DNA of 63,659 nt, taken from assembly GCA_041690595.1 (NCBI GenBank), contig JAWLHB010000048.1, positions 1 through 63,659 of the forward strand, in the 5' to 3' direction. The stretch's first letter is position 1; the number at the start of each line of letters is the position of its first letter. The translations under genes were made by a program, and so were the position numbers. Below the pieces are notes generated by a model. It had not been told where the DNA came from. It ran no database searches and was given only the letters and a program-made list of their open reading frames with translations. Positions 9,161 through 19,529 of the stretch are shown here, one piece after another. Origin of the DNA: Lentisphaeria bacterium. GTDB lineage: Bacteria > Verrucomicrobiota > Lentisphaeria > JABSQK01 > JAWLHB01.

Positions 9161-9655
9161 ATGGCCATTCTGCAAACCGGTACGGTTCTACAAAGAGCGC
9201 TGAATGTGAACGCCGTTCGGCTAAACTTGCAGGCGACGACAAAGAAAGCGGTTATACGGGAGTTGCTGGCTATCGCGGATGAGGTCTACAACCTCAAGGA
9301 TCGCGCGGCTTGCGAGAAGGTAGTGATGGCGCGGGAAAAGAGCTTGAGCACGGGGATGCAGAATGGCATTGCCATGCCGCACGGCAAGACGGACACGGTG
9401 GATCGCCTGATCGCGGTGGTGGGGCTTCAGCCCGACGGGATCGACTTCAACTGCTTCGATGAACAGCCTGCTCGCATCTTCGTGATGACCCTTTCGCCGG
9501 CAAGCAAGGCGGGGCCGCATATTCAGTTTCTGGCAGAGATCAGCAGTTTGCTGCGCGATGAAGAGGCGCGCGAGCTTCTGCTTCAGTCGGCGACTCCCGC
9601 GGAAGCGTATGCGACGTTGACCAACCGCAAGCAGAATCTCGCCTACGCCAAGTAA
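9161..9655 (+). CDS. PTS EIIA (fructose/nitrogen-regulatory type)
   Basis: REKSLSTGMQNGIAMPHGK phospho-His motif; HIQFLAEIS; RBS GGAG. Confidence 0.9.
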   Translation: MAILQTGTVLQRALNVNAVRLNLQATTKKAVIRELLAIADEVYNLKDRAACEKVVMAREKSLSTGMQNGIAMPHGKTDTVDRLIAVVGLQPDGIDFNCFDEQPARIFVMTLSPASKAGPHIQFLAEISSLLRDEEARELLLQSATPAEAYATLTNRKQNLAYAK

Positions 9656-9667
9656 AGTCGTGACCCG

Positions 9668-10432
9668 TCAGCGCGCTTCGGCCAGCAACTGGCGGAGCGT
9701 GTGGGCATCCTGCATGAACTGGCTCTGCAAACCTCCGCGGACAAACTCGATGAATACCCACGGTTCATGCGTGAGTTGAGCCGCCTCCGCCAGATAACCA
9801 CGCCAATCCGCCGCACCGTCCGCGAGCGCGGCCTGACTGGGTGGCGACCCGGGCCAATGAAAGCAGTGCAGATTCTGAACCCAGGGCCGCACTGCCCGCA
9901 GCCCCTCGACGCAGGAGGCATACGAGGCGCCGGGCGTCGATTGCCAGTAGGTACGGAAGCTGGGGTTGCTGACTTCCCGCATGAGTTGCAGGGCGCTCTC
10001 GGGCGTGTCGGTGAGGGAATGGCTGTGAAACTCGGTGGCGACGACGATATCATGGGCTGCCGCTTCGGCCGCAATGCGCCGGGCATCGTCGACGAGTTGG
10101 CGGCGCCGTTCCGGGGAGACGTCGGCCGAGCCATCGCGTCCAGGCCAGACACGAATGACGGGGGTGCCAAGTTCCAAGGCTGTTTCCAGGTAGCGGGCGA
10201 AGGGGTGCGGCTCGCTTTCGCCAAGGCGATAGTAGGAGCCATAGGAGGGGAGCGCCAATCCTGCCGCCGCCATGCGTCGGCGAATCTTCTTGGCGCCGGC
10301 GAGGTTATCCGCCGGCACATGTACGTCACTGCCCCATTCGATGCCCTCGATGCCGGCTTCGACAGCCAGTTCGATCACGGCGTCGGCAGTGAGTGGACGA
10401 AAGGTGACGGAACAAAGGCCGGCGTGAAACAT
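9668..10432 (-). CDS. Sugar phosphate isomerase/epimerase (xylose-isomerase-like TIM barrel)
   Basis: GLCSVTFR, GIEWGSDVHVP, EFHSHSLTD. Confidence 0.85.
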   Translation of the reverse strand: MFHAGLCSVTFRPLTADAVIELAVEAGIEGIEWGSDVHVPADNLAGAKKIRRRMAAAGLALPSYGSYYRLGESEPHPFARYLETALELGTPVIRVWPGRDGSADVSPERRRQLVDDARRIAAEAAAHDIVVATEFHSHSLTDTPESALQLMREVSNPSFRTYWQSTPGASYASCVEGLRAVRPWVQNLHCFHWPGSPPSQAALADGAADWRGYLAEAAQLTHEPWVFIEFVRGGLQSQFMQDAHTLRQLLAEAR

Positions 10433-10449
10433 GAGTATTACTCCACGGT

Positions 10450-11391
10450 TCAGGATTCCGCGGCAACAGGATTGACCAGCTCGCCAATGCCTTCGATGAC
10501 GACCTTGACGGTGTCACCCGGCTTGAGAAAGCTGCCGGTGGTGGCGCCGACGCCGCTGATGGTGCCAGTGCAGATGATGTCGCCCGGTTCGAGGGTGAGC
10601 ATGGCGGAGATGTAGGCAATGGTCTCGGGGATGCGATAGAGCATCATGCCGGTGTTGTTGTGCTGCTTGCGCTCGCCGTTCACCCAGGTGCTGATGTCGA
10701 GGGAGTGCGGGTTAGTGATTTCGTCGGTGGTGACCATCCACGGGCCGAGGGGGGCGAAGGAATCGAACCACTTGCCGTTGAGCCAGTCGAACCATTCGTC
10801 CTTGGGGCGGCTTTCGGTGCGTTCCTTGATCTTGAGCTTGCGCTCGGAGACGTCGTTGACGCAGGTGTAGCCTGCCACCATCTGCATGGCATCTTCGGGC
10901 TTGACAGCCTTGCATCGGCGGCCGATGATCACGGCCAGCTCGCCTTCCCAGTCGATGCCCTGCGCGATGGGGGGTATGAGGATGGGATCGTGCGGTCCGA
11001 CGACGGTGTTACTGGGTGGTTTCATGAAGACGCGGGGGGTCTGCTGATCCGCTTCGGACATCTTGCTGCCTTCTTCCTCGATATGGTCCTGATAGTTGCC
11101 GGCCAGGCAGAGGAGCTTGCGGGGAAGAGGGACGGGGGCAAGCAGGCGGACGTCGGCGAGGTCGATTCGCGCGTCCTGAGGGGCGGTGGCGATGACGCGC
11201 CGGGCGGTGGCCATGGCTTCGCTGCCGGCATTGAGGAAGGTAAGCATGTCGGAGAAGACGCCGGTTTCGGTGCGACCTTCCTGGATGGCGAGATGGCGAT
11301 CGGCGGCGGCAAGATCGATGAGCACCTGATCATTGTCGACGACGGCACCCAATCCCAGATTATTATCGATGGCGAAGGTGGCGAGCTTCAT
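10450..11391 (-). CDS. Fumarylacetoacetate hydrolase family protein
   Basis: NYQDH, FMKP, DWEGELAVIIG, NDVSER, GKWFD, PGDIICTGT. Confidence 0.93.
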   Translation of the reverse strand: MKLATFAIDNNLGLGAVVDNDQVLIDLAAADRHLAIQEGRTETGVFSDMLTFLNAGSEAMATARRVIATAPQDARIDLADVRLLAPVPLPRKLLCLAGNYQDHIEEEGSKMSEADQQTPRVFMKPPSNTVVGPHDPILIPPIAQGIDWEGELAVIIGRRCKAVKPEDAMQMVAGYTCVNDVSERKLKIKERTESRPKDEWFDWLNGKWFDSFAPLGPWMVTTDEITNPHSLDISTWVNGERKQHNNTGMMLYRIPETIAYISAMLTLEPGDIICTGTISGVGATTGSFLKPGDTVKVVIEGIGELVNPVAAES

Positions 11392-11474
11392 GCAAGTGGG
11401 GTATCCTTGGCATTTGCGCGGTTGAATGGGATTTTCTGGTGAAGAACGGCTAACGTACCACCAGTCGCCTCAGG

Positions 11475-12170
11475 ATGCCAGCCCGTATCGCCACTCTGGA
11501 GAACCTGCCTGTGCGCCTCTTCCGAAAAATGAAACATCTGCCCTGGATCCTGCGCTGGCTGCTGGCCGCCCTCCTGCGCGTTTGGCGGCTCTCCCTGCGG
11601 GTCAAGGTCATCGACCCACGCGGGGAGCGGACGGGGGAGCCGGAGGAGCCGCGCATCTACGCGATCTGGCACAACCGGTTGCTGTTGATCCCGGTCCTGG
11701 TGCCGCGCCGCCGGCGGCGACAAGTTGCCTTTCTGGCCAGCCGTTCCCGAGACGGCGGCTACATTGCGGACCTTCTCCAGTCGTTCGGGATGCCGGCGGT
11801 GCGCGGCTCTTCCAGCAAGGGTGGCGCGGCAGCCCTGCGGCAGCTTGCCAACATGCTGGCGGAAGGCTTCTGCGTGTCGGCCACACCGGACGGTCCGCGT
11901 GGCCCCCGCTACGAAGTCCAGGACGGCATCCTCTGGCTGGCGGCACAGAGCGGCTACGCCATTGTGCCGGTCGCCATCAATTCGCCTCATCACAAGGAGT
12001 TGCGCGGATGGGACCGAACACAACTGCCGCGGCCTTTCAGCACGATCGAACTGGAGACCGGCGACCCGATCTACATCGAAGGGCCTCTGGATGCGGAGAA
12101 TCTGGAGATCGAGCGCGCTCGCGTTCGCGCGGCGATGCTGGCGATCTGCCGCTACGATCATCCGGCGTAG
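11475..12170 (+). CDS. Lysophospholipid acyltransferase family / DUF374 protein
   Basis: WHNRLL, SRSRDG, RGSSSKGG, TPDGPRGP. Confidence 0.88.
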   Translation: MPARIATLENLPVRLFRKMKHLPWILRWLLAALLRVWRLSLRVKVIDPRGERTGEPEEPRIYAIWHNRLLLIPVLVPRRRRRQVAFLASRSRDGGYIADLLQSFGMPAVRGSSSKGGAAALRQLANMLAEGFCVSATPDGPRGPRYEVQDGILWLAAQSGYAIVPVAINSPHHKELRGWDRTQLPRPFSTIELETGDPIYIEGPLDAENLEIERARVRAAMLAICRYDHPA

Positions 12171-12239
12171 CCTCGGAAAAAGAAGAGCGATGCCGCCGCG
12201 GCTGCCCTGCCCACGGCGGTACCGCAAGATGACAAGGGG

Positions 12240-12467
12240 CTACTTGGTGTGCCACTTGCCATCGTCACCTTTTTCGTATTTCCTCTTGACGGCTGCCCAG
12301 GCTACTTTGTTGGCGGTTTCTTCACGGGAAGCGTCACCGCGGCGATCCTCGGGATCCTTGTAGTCGTCCCAGGCGCTGTTGTAGGCTTCGATGAAGATCT
12401 CCTGCGCATGCTTGGGGAGCTTGTCCTTGAGCGAGTCGCGCAGCTCGTCGATGTTGTCGTAGGGCAT
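12240..12467 (-). CDS. chaB: ChaB family protein
   Basis: MPY...LPKHAQEIF..AYNSA...A.KVAWAAVKRKYEK..GKW. Confidence 0.92.
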   Translation of the reverse strand: MPYDNIDELRDSLKDKLPKHAQEIFIEAYNSAWDDYKDPEDRRGDASREETANKVAWAAVKRKYEKGDDGKWHTK

Positions 12468-12483
12468 GAGGGGGTCTCTCCTT

Positions 12484-13194
12484 TCAGCTGGCGATGCGCC
12501 GGAAGGCTTCGTTCAGTTCGTGCGACTCGTCCTCATCAAAGGTGTCGAGGGCGACTTCGAAGATGCTGTCTTCTTCCTCTTCGACATGGTGTTCGATGAG
12601 TTCCTTGAGGACCTTGAGGCGTGCCTGCCAGTCGGTGGTATCGGGTTCAACTTCTTCCAGGCGCTCGAGCGCGGTGCGGGCATGGAAGTGCTCTTCCTCG
12701 GCTTCGAGTATCTGTCCTTCAATACCTGCCTCCTCCATCAGGCGGGGATAGAAGGTGTTTTCTTCGGCTTCCATATGCTCTTCGAGCTTGGTCTTGATCT
12801 TCTCGAGAAGCTGCTGGCGCGTTTTGCGGGCGCGGTCGGTGGTTTCGGCGGCTTTTTCGAGCAGGGCCTTCACCTCATCGTGCTGCGACTCGATCGTCGT
12901 CAGAATGCCATCGGGCCGGCGGACGAACTTGCAGAAGCGGCTGGTGTTGCCCTCTTTTGTCTTCTCCTGATATAGAAAAAGGAGCTTTTCCTCGTCGAAT
13001 TTCTCAAAGAACTCGTCCCATTCGATGTGCTGGAGAGATTCTTCGCCGGAGTAGCCGGGGAAATCGATGCGGAGGATGCCGGCGCTATCGCCGTTCTTCT
13101 TGGAGGCTTTGACGGTGGCGGGGGATCCGTCACGTTTTTCAGCCCACTGCCGGATGATGTCGTGCGATCTGGTCTTGTCGGATGAGCGGCTCAT
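12484..13194 (-). CDS. Hemerythrin (HHE) domain protein with an N-terminal conserved ~85-aa domain
   Basis: QHDE, EEHMEAEE..FYP, EEEH, EHHVEEEE; N-term HDIIRQWAEKR..LRIDFPG..WDEFFEKF; RBS AGGAGA. Confidence 0.85.
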   Translation of the reverse strand: MSRSSDKTRSHDIIRQWAEKRDGSPATVKASKKNGDSAGILRIDFPGYSGEESLQHIEWDEFFEKFDEEKLLFLYQEKTKEGNTSRFCKFVRRPDGILTTIESQHDEVKALLEKAAETTDRARKTRQQLLEKIKTKLEEHMEAEENTFYPRLMEEAGIEGQILEAEEEHFHARTALERLEEVEPDTTDWQARLKVLKELIEHHVEEEEDSIFEVALDTFDEDESHELNEAFRRIAS

Positions 13195-13371
13195 GTGCGA
13201 GGTCTCCTGAATGTAACTACATGGGTGAAGCCCCTCTGCACTACCATAGCGCCGACGCGGGTTCGGTCGCAATCGCGCTATTCTCCGTCAACGTCAGGGT
13301 CATGCGGCGGCATGACGTTGCAAGGCAGCATTCTTTCCGGGTATAGTAGAGTATAACGGGAGGATCGGGCC

Positions 13372-14058
13372 ATGCTTGAATGGTTCAAAAAGCCCAGGCA
13401 GGGAAGAGAACATTTTCGCGAGGCACTTTTTGGTGACGTGCCGGTGCCGGACTGGTTGCCCGACGACAAGGCGGCGGTTGAGCAGGAACCGTGGAAGAGC
13501 TTTGCTGCCGCCCGACACGAGGCCGTGACCGGGAACAAGGCGGCTGCCTGCGACGCGCTGGAGCGAATCGACGGCATGCCGGGATTGGATCCGCGCCACT
13601 ACCTGCAGGCGTGGCATTTTCTGCGGCTGCTCGGGCGGAAGCCTCCAGACGCATTGGCCGCGCGAGTTTATGGCGTGGTGGTGGAGATCGCCACCAATCG
13701 TGGTTATGACGTGCTGGCCGCCTACAGCAATGGCTCCGCGCGCTTCCTGAGCGCTGGAGGAACGGAGCGCACCAGCGCAGGCAGCGACCAGGCGGAACTC
13801 TACGGCGCGGCGCTGGCGTTATTGCAGGCATCGCACTGGCTGCTCGAGAAGGTGGATGCCTACCCGGGCAAGCACCCGGCGCCGCCACCGGAAGGTGAAG
13901 CGCGACTGTCGCTTCTCACGGCGGGCGGGATCCATTTTGGGCAGGGGAAGCACGAGGAGATGAAGGCCAGCCCTCTTGCCAAGCCGGCCATGGAGCAGGC
14001 GGCGGCGCTGGTGAAGCTGCTCTGCGAAAGCACCGATGTGCCGAAGGCCGCCTCCTGA
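13372..14058 (+). CDS. Hypothetical protein
   Basis: 228-aa ORF after RBS GGAGG, fills the gap between its neighbours. Confidence 0.7.
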   Translation: MLEWFKKPRQGREHFREALFGDVPVPDWLPDDKAAVEQEPWKSFAAARHEAVTGNKAAACDALERIDGMPGLDPRHYLQAWHFLRLLGRKPPDALAARVYGVVVEIATNRGYDVLAAYSNGSARFLSAGGTERTSAGSDQAELYGAALALLQASHWLLEKVDAYPGKHPAPPPEGEARLSLLTAGGIHFGQGKHEEMKASPLAKPAMEQAAALVKLLCESTDVPKAAS

Positions 14059-14062
14059 GCGG

Positions 14063-16096
14063 TCAGAAAACGCGGCGTTCGCAGTCGGGGATACTTGAAA
14101 GGAAGGCGCTGCCATAGCCCGCGCGAATGATGCGCGGGTCGAGGACAACGATAATGCCGTGGTCGTCGTTGCTGCGGATCAGGCGCCCGACGCCCTGGCG
14201 GAACTTGAGAATAGCCTCGGGCAAGAAGTAGTCGCGGAAGGAACTGCCGCCCTTCTCCTCGATGCGGCGGCTGCGGGCGGCTACAACCGGATGGCTCGGT
14301 ACGGGAAAGGGGAGCTTGGTGATGATGACGTTGCTGAGCGCTTCGCCGGGGACGTCGACCCCCATCCAGAAGCTGTCGGTGCCGAAGATGACGGAGTTGG
14401 TGTCTTCGCGGAAGTTGTCGAGCATCTGCGTGCGGTTGAGGTCGCGGCCCTGCACCATGAGAGTGAAGCGGTTGAGCGCGAAGAACTCCTCCAGCTTTTC
14501 GGCGACGTCATTCATGAAGGAGTAACTGGTGAAGAGAACGAAGGCCTTCCCTTCGGTCTTCATGATGAACTGGCGGATCTGTTCGCAGCAGGCATCGCGA
14601 AAGGGTTCAACATCCCGAGGGTCGGGCATGGAGTTGTAGGGGACGTACAGCTCGACCTGCCGGCGGAAATTGAAGGGAGAATCGAGGATGTCGCCGCGGG
14701 CATCATCGGCGCCCACGCGCTGCTTGAAGTAGCGCAGATCGTGCTTGATGGCCAGCGTGGCACTGGTCATGACAACGGGAAAGTCCTTGCTGAATAGCTC
14801 GTCGCGCAGGATGTGATTGACCTCGATGGGGACGGCACTCAGGCTGAGGTGGCGGGAGGCGCGGCCATAGAGTTCGAACCAGTAGACGTAATCGGCTTCG
14901 CTCATGCGCAGGAAGGTATCGAGCGTATCGCGGTAAAGGGAGAGCCGATTGATGAGGGATTTCAGCTCCTGCCGATAGTCATCGTCGCCCCCTTCCAGGT
15001 CACGGATGAGATCCTTCATACCCTCGATGAGACGTCCCCAGCATTCGCCAAGCTGGTTGGGGATGTGGCCGGGATTGGAATAAGTGAGGGGATTCTCGTG
15101 CTGCTGCTCGACCCAGTCGCGTAGCTGGCCGAAGAAACGCTCACTGCGGTCGCGGGCCTCCATGGCCAGTTCGCGGAGTTGCTCGGCCTCGTCTCTGGCG
15201 AGCAGGCCGCGCTGCTGTTTCGGGCGGTAGAGCCGGTCGAAAAGCATCATGACGCCATAGGTACTCAAGCGCAGACCCAGATGCGTGGCGGCAACCTCTT
15301 CGAAGGTGTGCGCCTCGTCGATGATCAGCGCCCCATAGTCCGGGAGGAGCTTCTGCTCGCCGTTGGAGGCGCGCCGCATGGCGAGATCGACGCAGAGCAG
15401 CGCGTGATTCGCCACGACGATGTGCGCCTTGAAGAGACGCCGGCGAGCATTCTGGAAGAAGCAGTGGCCATCGGCCTTGCCCTGCTCGATGGGACAGACG
15501 CCGGGTTCGCTGCAGACGGCCGCCCACGTCTGCTGGCTGGGCAGAAACTGCAGATCCGCCCGCGAGCCGTCCTTGCTCTTGGCGGCCCAATCCGCCAGCT
15601 TCTGTACCTCTGGGCGAAGATCGTCCATCGGCAGATACTCCTGATGATGCATCAGGGCATTCTGCAGCCGGTGATTGCAGATATAGTTTTCCCGCCCCTT
15701 GGCCAGCGCGGCGGAAAAAGGAACGTCGAGCAGCTGCTGGAGGACGGGGATGTCCTTCTTCAGAAGCTGCTCCTGGAGGGCGATGGTGTGGGTGCTGATG
15801 ACGACCGGGGTGCCGGTGGTCATGGCGCGATAGATAGCCGGAATCAGGTACGCGAAGCTCTTGCCGATGCCGGTGGGGGCCTCGATGCAGAGATGATCGC
15901 CGCTGATGAACGATTCGGCTATGGCGCGTGCCATCGCCGCCTGCTGGGGGCGTTCCTCATAGACCCGGCCACCGTACTTGTACGCCTCGCGCAGGGGCGA
16001 TTCGGCGCCAAAGAAATGGTCGACAAGAGCCTTCAGATCCGGCTCTGACGACTCATCGGATGACGGGTCCCGCAACTGGTCGGGGAGCATGATCAT
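14063..16096 (-). CDS. ATP-dependent DNA helicase, DinG/YoaA family
   Basis: EAPTGIGKS, KGRENYIC, DEAH, TSATL, LFTSY, QGVGRLIR; Fe-S cysteines. Confidence 0.93.
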   Translation of the reverse strand: MIMLPDQLRDPSSDESSEPDLKALVDHFFGAESPLREAYKYGGRVYEERPQQAAMARAIAESFISGDHLCIEAPTGIGKSFAYLIPAIYRAMTTGTPVVISTHTIALQEQLLKKDIPVLQQLLDVPFSAALAKGRENYICNHRLQNALMHHQEYLPMDDLRPEVQKLADWAAKSKDGSRADLQFLPSQQTWAAVCSEPGVCPIEQGKADGHCFFQNARRRLFKAHIVVANHALLCVDLAMRRASNGEQKLLPDYGALIIDEAHTFEEVAATHLGLRLSTYGVMMLFDRLYRPKQQRGLLARDEAEQLRELAMEARDRSERFFGQLRDWVEQQHENPLTYSNPGHIPNQLGECWGRLIEGMKDLIRDLEGGDDDYRQELKSLINRLSLYRDTLDTFLRMSEADYVYWFELYGRASRHLSLSAVPIEVNHILRDELFSKDFPVVMTSATLAIKHDLRYFKQRVGADDARGDILDSPFNFRRQVELYVPYNSMPDPRDVEPFRDACCEQIRQFIMKTEGKAFVLFTSYSFMNDVAEKLEEFFALNRFTLMVQGRDLNRTQMLDNFREDTNSVIFGTDSFWMGVDVPGEALSNVIITKLPFPVPSHPVVAARSRRIEEKGGSSFRDYFLPEAILKFRQGVGRLIRSNDDHGIIVVLDPRIIRAGYGSAFLSSIPDCERRVF

Positions 16097-16132
16097 GGGG
16101 CGAGCCTGTCTGCGGGATACAACGAAAAGACG

Positions 16133-17375
16133 TCATTCAATCATCATGCCGCCGGTCTCTTCGGGCGGGGCGGTTTCCCCTTCCGCCGGCACTTCCGCCT
16201 CTTCAGGCGGTACGTCGAAGCCAGGATACATGCCGCCGCTCAGCAGGTCGATGTATGCATTGAGCTTGCGCTTGATCGTCAGTTCCTGATAACCGGGATA
16301 CTCCTTCAGGAAGGCGCGCATCTCGATGATCATGCGCTGCAGATTCTCGCCCGACAGATTCTTGTCAGTCTCCCGCCAGCGCCGCTTCAACTCTTCGTAA
16401 GTTGCTCCGCGCTGGCGCTGAAAATCCACTTCCTGTACACGGGCGTCCGGCGCTTTGGGACTCACGGGGGCGGCGGGCGGCGGCTGATTGTTCATGGCAA
16501 AGATGATGGCGACTACGGCAATCAGGAGGAGCACGCAGCCGGATATGGCATAGAGCATGGTCTTGTTGCCGGCTCGGGCGGCGGTTGCCTCGGCGACGGC
16601 GAGACTGGGGCTGCGTTTCAGATCCTTCAGCGCCTGGCTGTTGATGGTGCCGCCGGGACTGGTGCGTTTCTTGCGTTTGCCGACAGAGTCAGCCCCTTTG
16701 GCGGGCGCGGCCGGCTTCGCTTCCTCAACTGGCTTCGCTTCGGCGCTGGCTACGGGGGATGCCTCACTTGCCGCTTCGACGGGCTTGACCTCAGTGGGCT
16801 TCTCTTCGGGAGCCTTCGCTTCGGCAGGCTTGACGATGGACGCCTGCGGCTCGGCCTGCTTCTTGGGCGAGACTTTGATGGCTTCATCCCTGGGGGGCGC
16901 CGCGGGTGGTGCGGGCTTGGGCTCGCCCTTCGGTGGCTCCGCGGGNNNNNNNNNNNNNNNNNNNNNNNNNNNNNNNNNNNNNNNNNNNNNNNNNNNNNNN
17001 NNNNNNNNNNNNNNNNNNNNNNNNNNNNNNNNNNNNNNNNNNNNNCTTGGGCTCGGCCTTCGGCGGCTCTGCTGGCTTGGGCTCGGCCTTCGGCGGCTCT
17101 GCTGGCTTGGGCTCGGCCTTCGGCGGCTCTGCTGGCTTGGGCTCGGCCTTCGGCGGCTCTGCTGGCTTGGGCTCCGCCTTCGGTGGGTCCGGCTTGGGCT
17201 CAGCCTTGGGCGGCTCGGGCTTGGCGAGGGTGCCTTCGACTTCAGCCAGTGCCTGCGCCTCGATCTCGCGCAAGGTCTCTTCATCAAGCTCAAATTCGCT
17301 CTCGATGGATTTCAGCGCTTCTTCCTCAATGCGCCTCAATTCTTCAGGATCAAGCTGGAAATCATCATCAGGCAT
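16133..17375 (-). CDS. Single-pass membrane protein with Pro/Lys/Glu-rich repeat linker, spans the assembly gap
   Basis: MPDDDFQL start, (AEPKPAEPPK)n into the Ns, resumes PAEPPKGEPK in another frame; TM segment MLYAISGCVLLLIAVVAIIFAM. Confidence 0.7.
16946..17045. other. Assembly gap (100 N) inside a 30-bp coding tandem repeat
   Basis: N run flanked by ggcttgggctcggccttcggcggctctgct-type units. Confidence 0.98.
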
Positions 17376-17543
17376 GGTATTACCGCTCCGTTGGCTTACT
17401 GGTCGCGCGAACAACCCTTTATAGTAGTAGTGCTATACAGCAAGTCAGCCAAAAATCAAGTCGACGAGAGATTGAAAAGGGGGCGGGATGGGTGATATGC
17501 TTCCGTGCACACGATCACTCATCACGCACGGCAGGAGCAGGTA

Positions 17544-18152
17544 ATGGCAGGCGAGTACCCGACACATCTGGAAAACATCATTCGCTCCCTTGCCAGGTTG
17601 CCAGGCATCGGGCGCCGCACCGCCGAGCGCCTCGCCTCGGCCCTCCTCGATTGGGAGCGGCAAGAGTTGGCCGAGCTGGGGACGGCCATCGTCGAGCTTC
17701 CCGACAAGATCCACCCGTGCAAGGAATGCGGCAACCTCTCCGACGAGGATCTCTGCCGCATCTGTCGCGACCCGCGCCGTGATACAACCTTGCTCTGCGT
17801 CGTGGAGCAAGCGCGCCAGATTCCGGTCATCGAGAAATGCGGTCATTACCATGGACTCTACCATGTCCTGGGGGGGCGTCTCTCGCCGCTCGAAGGGATC
17901 GAGGCGAGCGATCTCAACATTGGCTCCCTCTATGAACGGCTGGGCAAACTGACGGTTACCGAGGTGATCCTCTCCACCAGTCCCGATGTGGAAGGCGAGG
18001 CCACCGCCGCCTACCTGGCCGAAGAGCTGCATGGGCATTTTGACCTCCAGGTAAGCCGCATCGCCCAAGGGATTCCCGTCGGTGCCGACCTCAACTACGC
18101 GGACGCCGCCACCATGGCCATGGCGATCAACTCCCGGCGCCGCGTGCCGTAG
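17544..18152 (+). CDS. recR: Recombination mediator RecR
   Basis: LPGIGRRTAERL HhH, CxxC..CxxC zinc finger, YHVLGG.LSPL, EGEATA, RIAQGIPVG. Confidence 0.96.
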   Translation: MAGEYPTHLENIIRSLARLPGIGRRTAERLASALLDWERQELAELGTAIVELPDKIHPCKECGNLSDEDLCRICRDPRRDTTLLCVVEQARQIPVIEKCGHYHGLYHVLGGRLSPLEGIEASDLNIGSLYERLGKLTVTEVILSTSPDVEGEATAAYLAEELHGHFDLQVSRIAQGIPVGADLNYADAATMAMAINSRRRVP

Positions 18153-18174
18153 GAGCCGATGGTCCTGCCATGGT

Positions 18175-19506
18175 TTACCTGCTGAGGGCCGGGCGGCAGA
18201 CGGCGATATGAGGAATGCTGAAGGCGATGCGTCCGGTGGCGGGATCCGTGTAAGGCTGCGATTGGGCGCGAAGGATCAGGGAGCGGGCGCCAGTGATGTC
18301 GACCTCGATCTTGCGCAGGGGCTCGCCGGCTTTCAGGTCGACGACGGCGAGGCTCCTGGCCTGGTACTCGATATCCTCGGAATAGACTTGGTTGACGGTG
18401 GCGTCCATCTCGACATGAAAGCGCGTGCTGAGGTGCTCGGTCTGCCCTTCGAGCTGGCGGCTGGGCAAGCCGACCTCGCAGGTGAAGCGGGGGTAAAGGT
18501 CGCCATCGACGAACCATTTGATGCCCATGTGTCCGCCCATCCCGAAGCCATCGGCGATCTCCACTTCGGCAGGGGAGCCGTTGCGCTGCTCGTAGACATG
18601 GATAGGAATCTTGCGCTTGTTCTGGACGAGGCATCCAGGGAGGGTCTCGACATATTGCCAGGCGTGGAAGAAGTAGGGATCGATGTCGAGGAGGGGCAGG
18701 CGGTCGAGAGCCGCGGTTTCGCTGGGATCGAAGCGGTCGCGGGCAATGCAGATGGCGGTGTACCAGGCGCTGGTGGTGATGGCGACCGCCATGCGGCTCT
18801 GCTCCTTGAGCAGTTGCTGCTGCATGCTCTGCGGGAAGCCTTCGTAAACGCTGCGAATGACGGGCCAGATGATGCGCTTGCCACAACGGATGCCACGCTC
18901 GATATCGAGGAGCAGGCGGAAGGCGCATTCGTGGATGCTGGTTCCCATGAGGCGGGGTGGCGGCGGGGTGATCTCTCCGCAGGCATTGTCAAAGGCGTGA
19001 TGCAGGCGCATGTGGCGGTCGGGGACGGGGTCGGGAAAGAGCTCGTGGAAGATGGCATTGTCGACCGCATGTCCGGGGGTGAAAGGCTCCTGGATGAAGT
19101 GAGCCAGCGCACCGCCATGACGCACCGCCTCTTCCCAATTCCCTTCGCGCATGGGGGCGATGGTGCGCTCGAGGAGCAGTTCGATCAACTTGACGTACTG
19201 GGTGAGAGACTTCGGCTGCCCGCTGCCGCCGGCGGCCTGCCAGTTGGCGTCGGGGGGGCCATGCGGAATCCAGCGCCCATCGGGAAGCGTGGCGTAGGGG
19301 CGGCAGTCGTCGTAGTAGACGAGATCCATGATGGCACAGAGGAAGCCCATCTTGTCCCCGGAATCCGCGAGGGAGGGGGGGAAGTAGGGCTTTGCCATGG
19401 CAGCCGGGGAGAGGTCGAGCTGGATGAGTTCCTTCTGCCAGTCGGGCAGTGCGTCATAGGCGAGGCGGCCGAGCAGGGCGTGCCCGGACCAGGTGGAATA
19501 GGCCAT
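18175..19506 (-). CDS. Putative Zn-dependent phospholipase C/S1-P1-like domain + NPCBM-like domain protein
   Basis: N-terminal WSGH, HFIQEPFTPGH, HHAFD; C-term GFGMGG..RFTCEVGL..IEVDITGARSLIL. Confidence 0.55.
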   Translation of the reverse strand: MAYSTWSGHALLGRLAYDALPDWQKELIQLDLSPAAMAKPYFPPSLADSGDKMGFLCAIMDLVYYDDCRPYATLPDGRWIPHGPPDANWQAAGGSGQPKSLTQYVKLIELLLERTIAPMREGNWEEAVRHGGALAHFIQEPFTPGHAVDNAIFHELFPDPVPDRHMRLHHAFDNACGEITPPPPRLMGTSIHECAFRLLLDIERGIRCGKRIIWPVIRSVYEGFPQSMQQQLLKEQSRMAVAITTSAWYTAICIARDRFDPSETAALDRLPLLDIDPYFFHAWQYVETLPGCLVQNKRKIPIHVYEQRNGSPAEVEIADGFGMGGHMGIKWFVDGDLYPRFTCEVGLPSRQLEGQTEHLSTRFHVEMDATVNQVYSEDIEYQARSLAVVDLKAGEPLRKIEVDITGARSLILRAQSQPYTDPATGRIAFSIPHIAVCRPALSR

Positions 19507-19529
19507 GGGTATGATCCTTCAGAAGGTGT

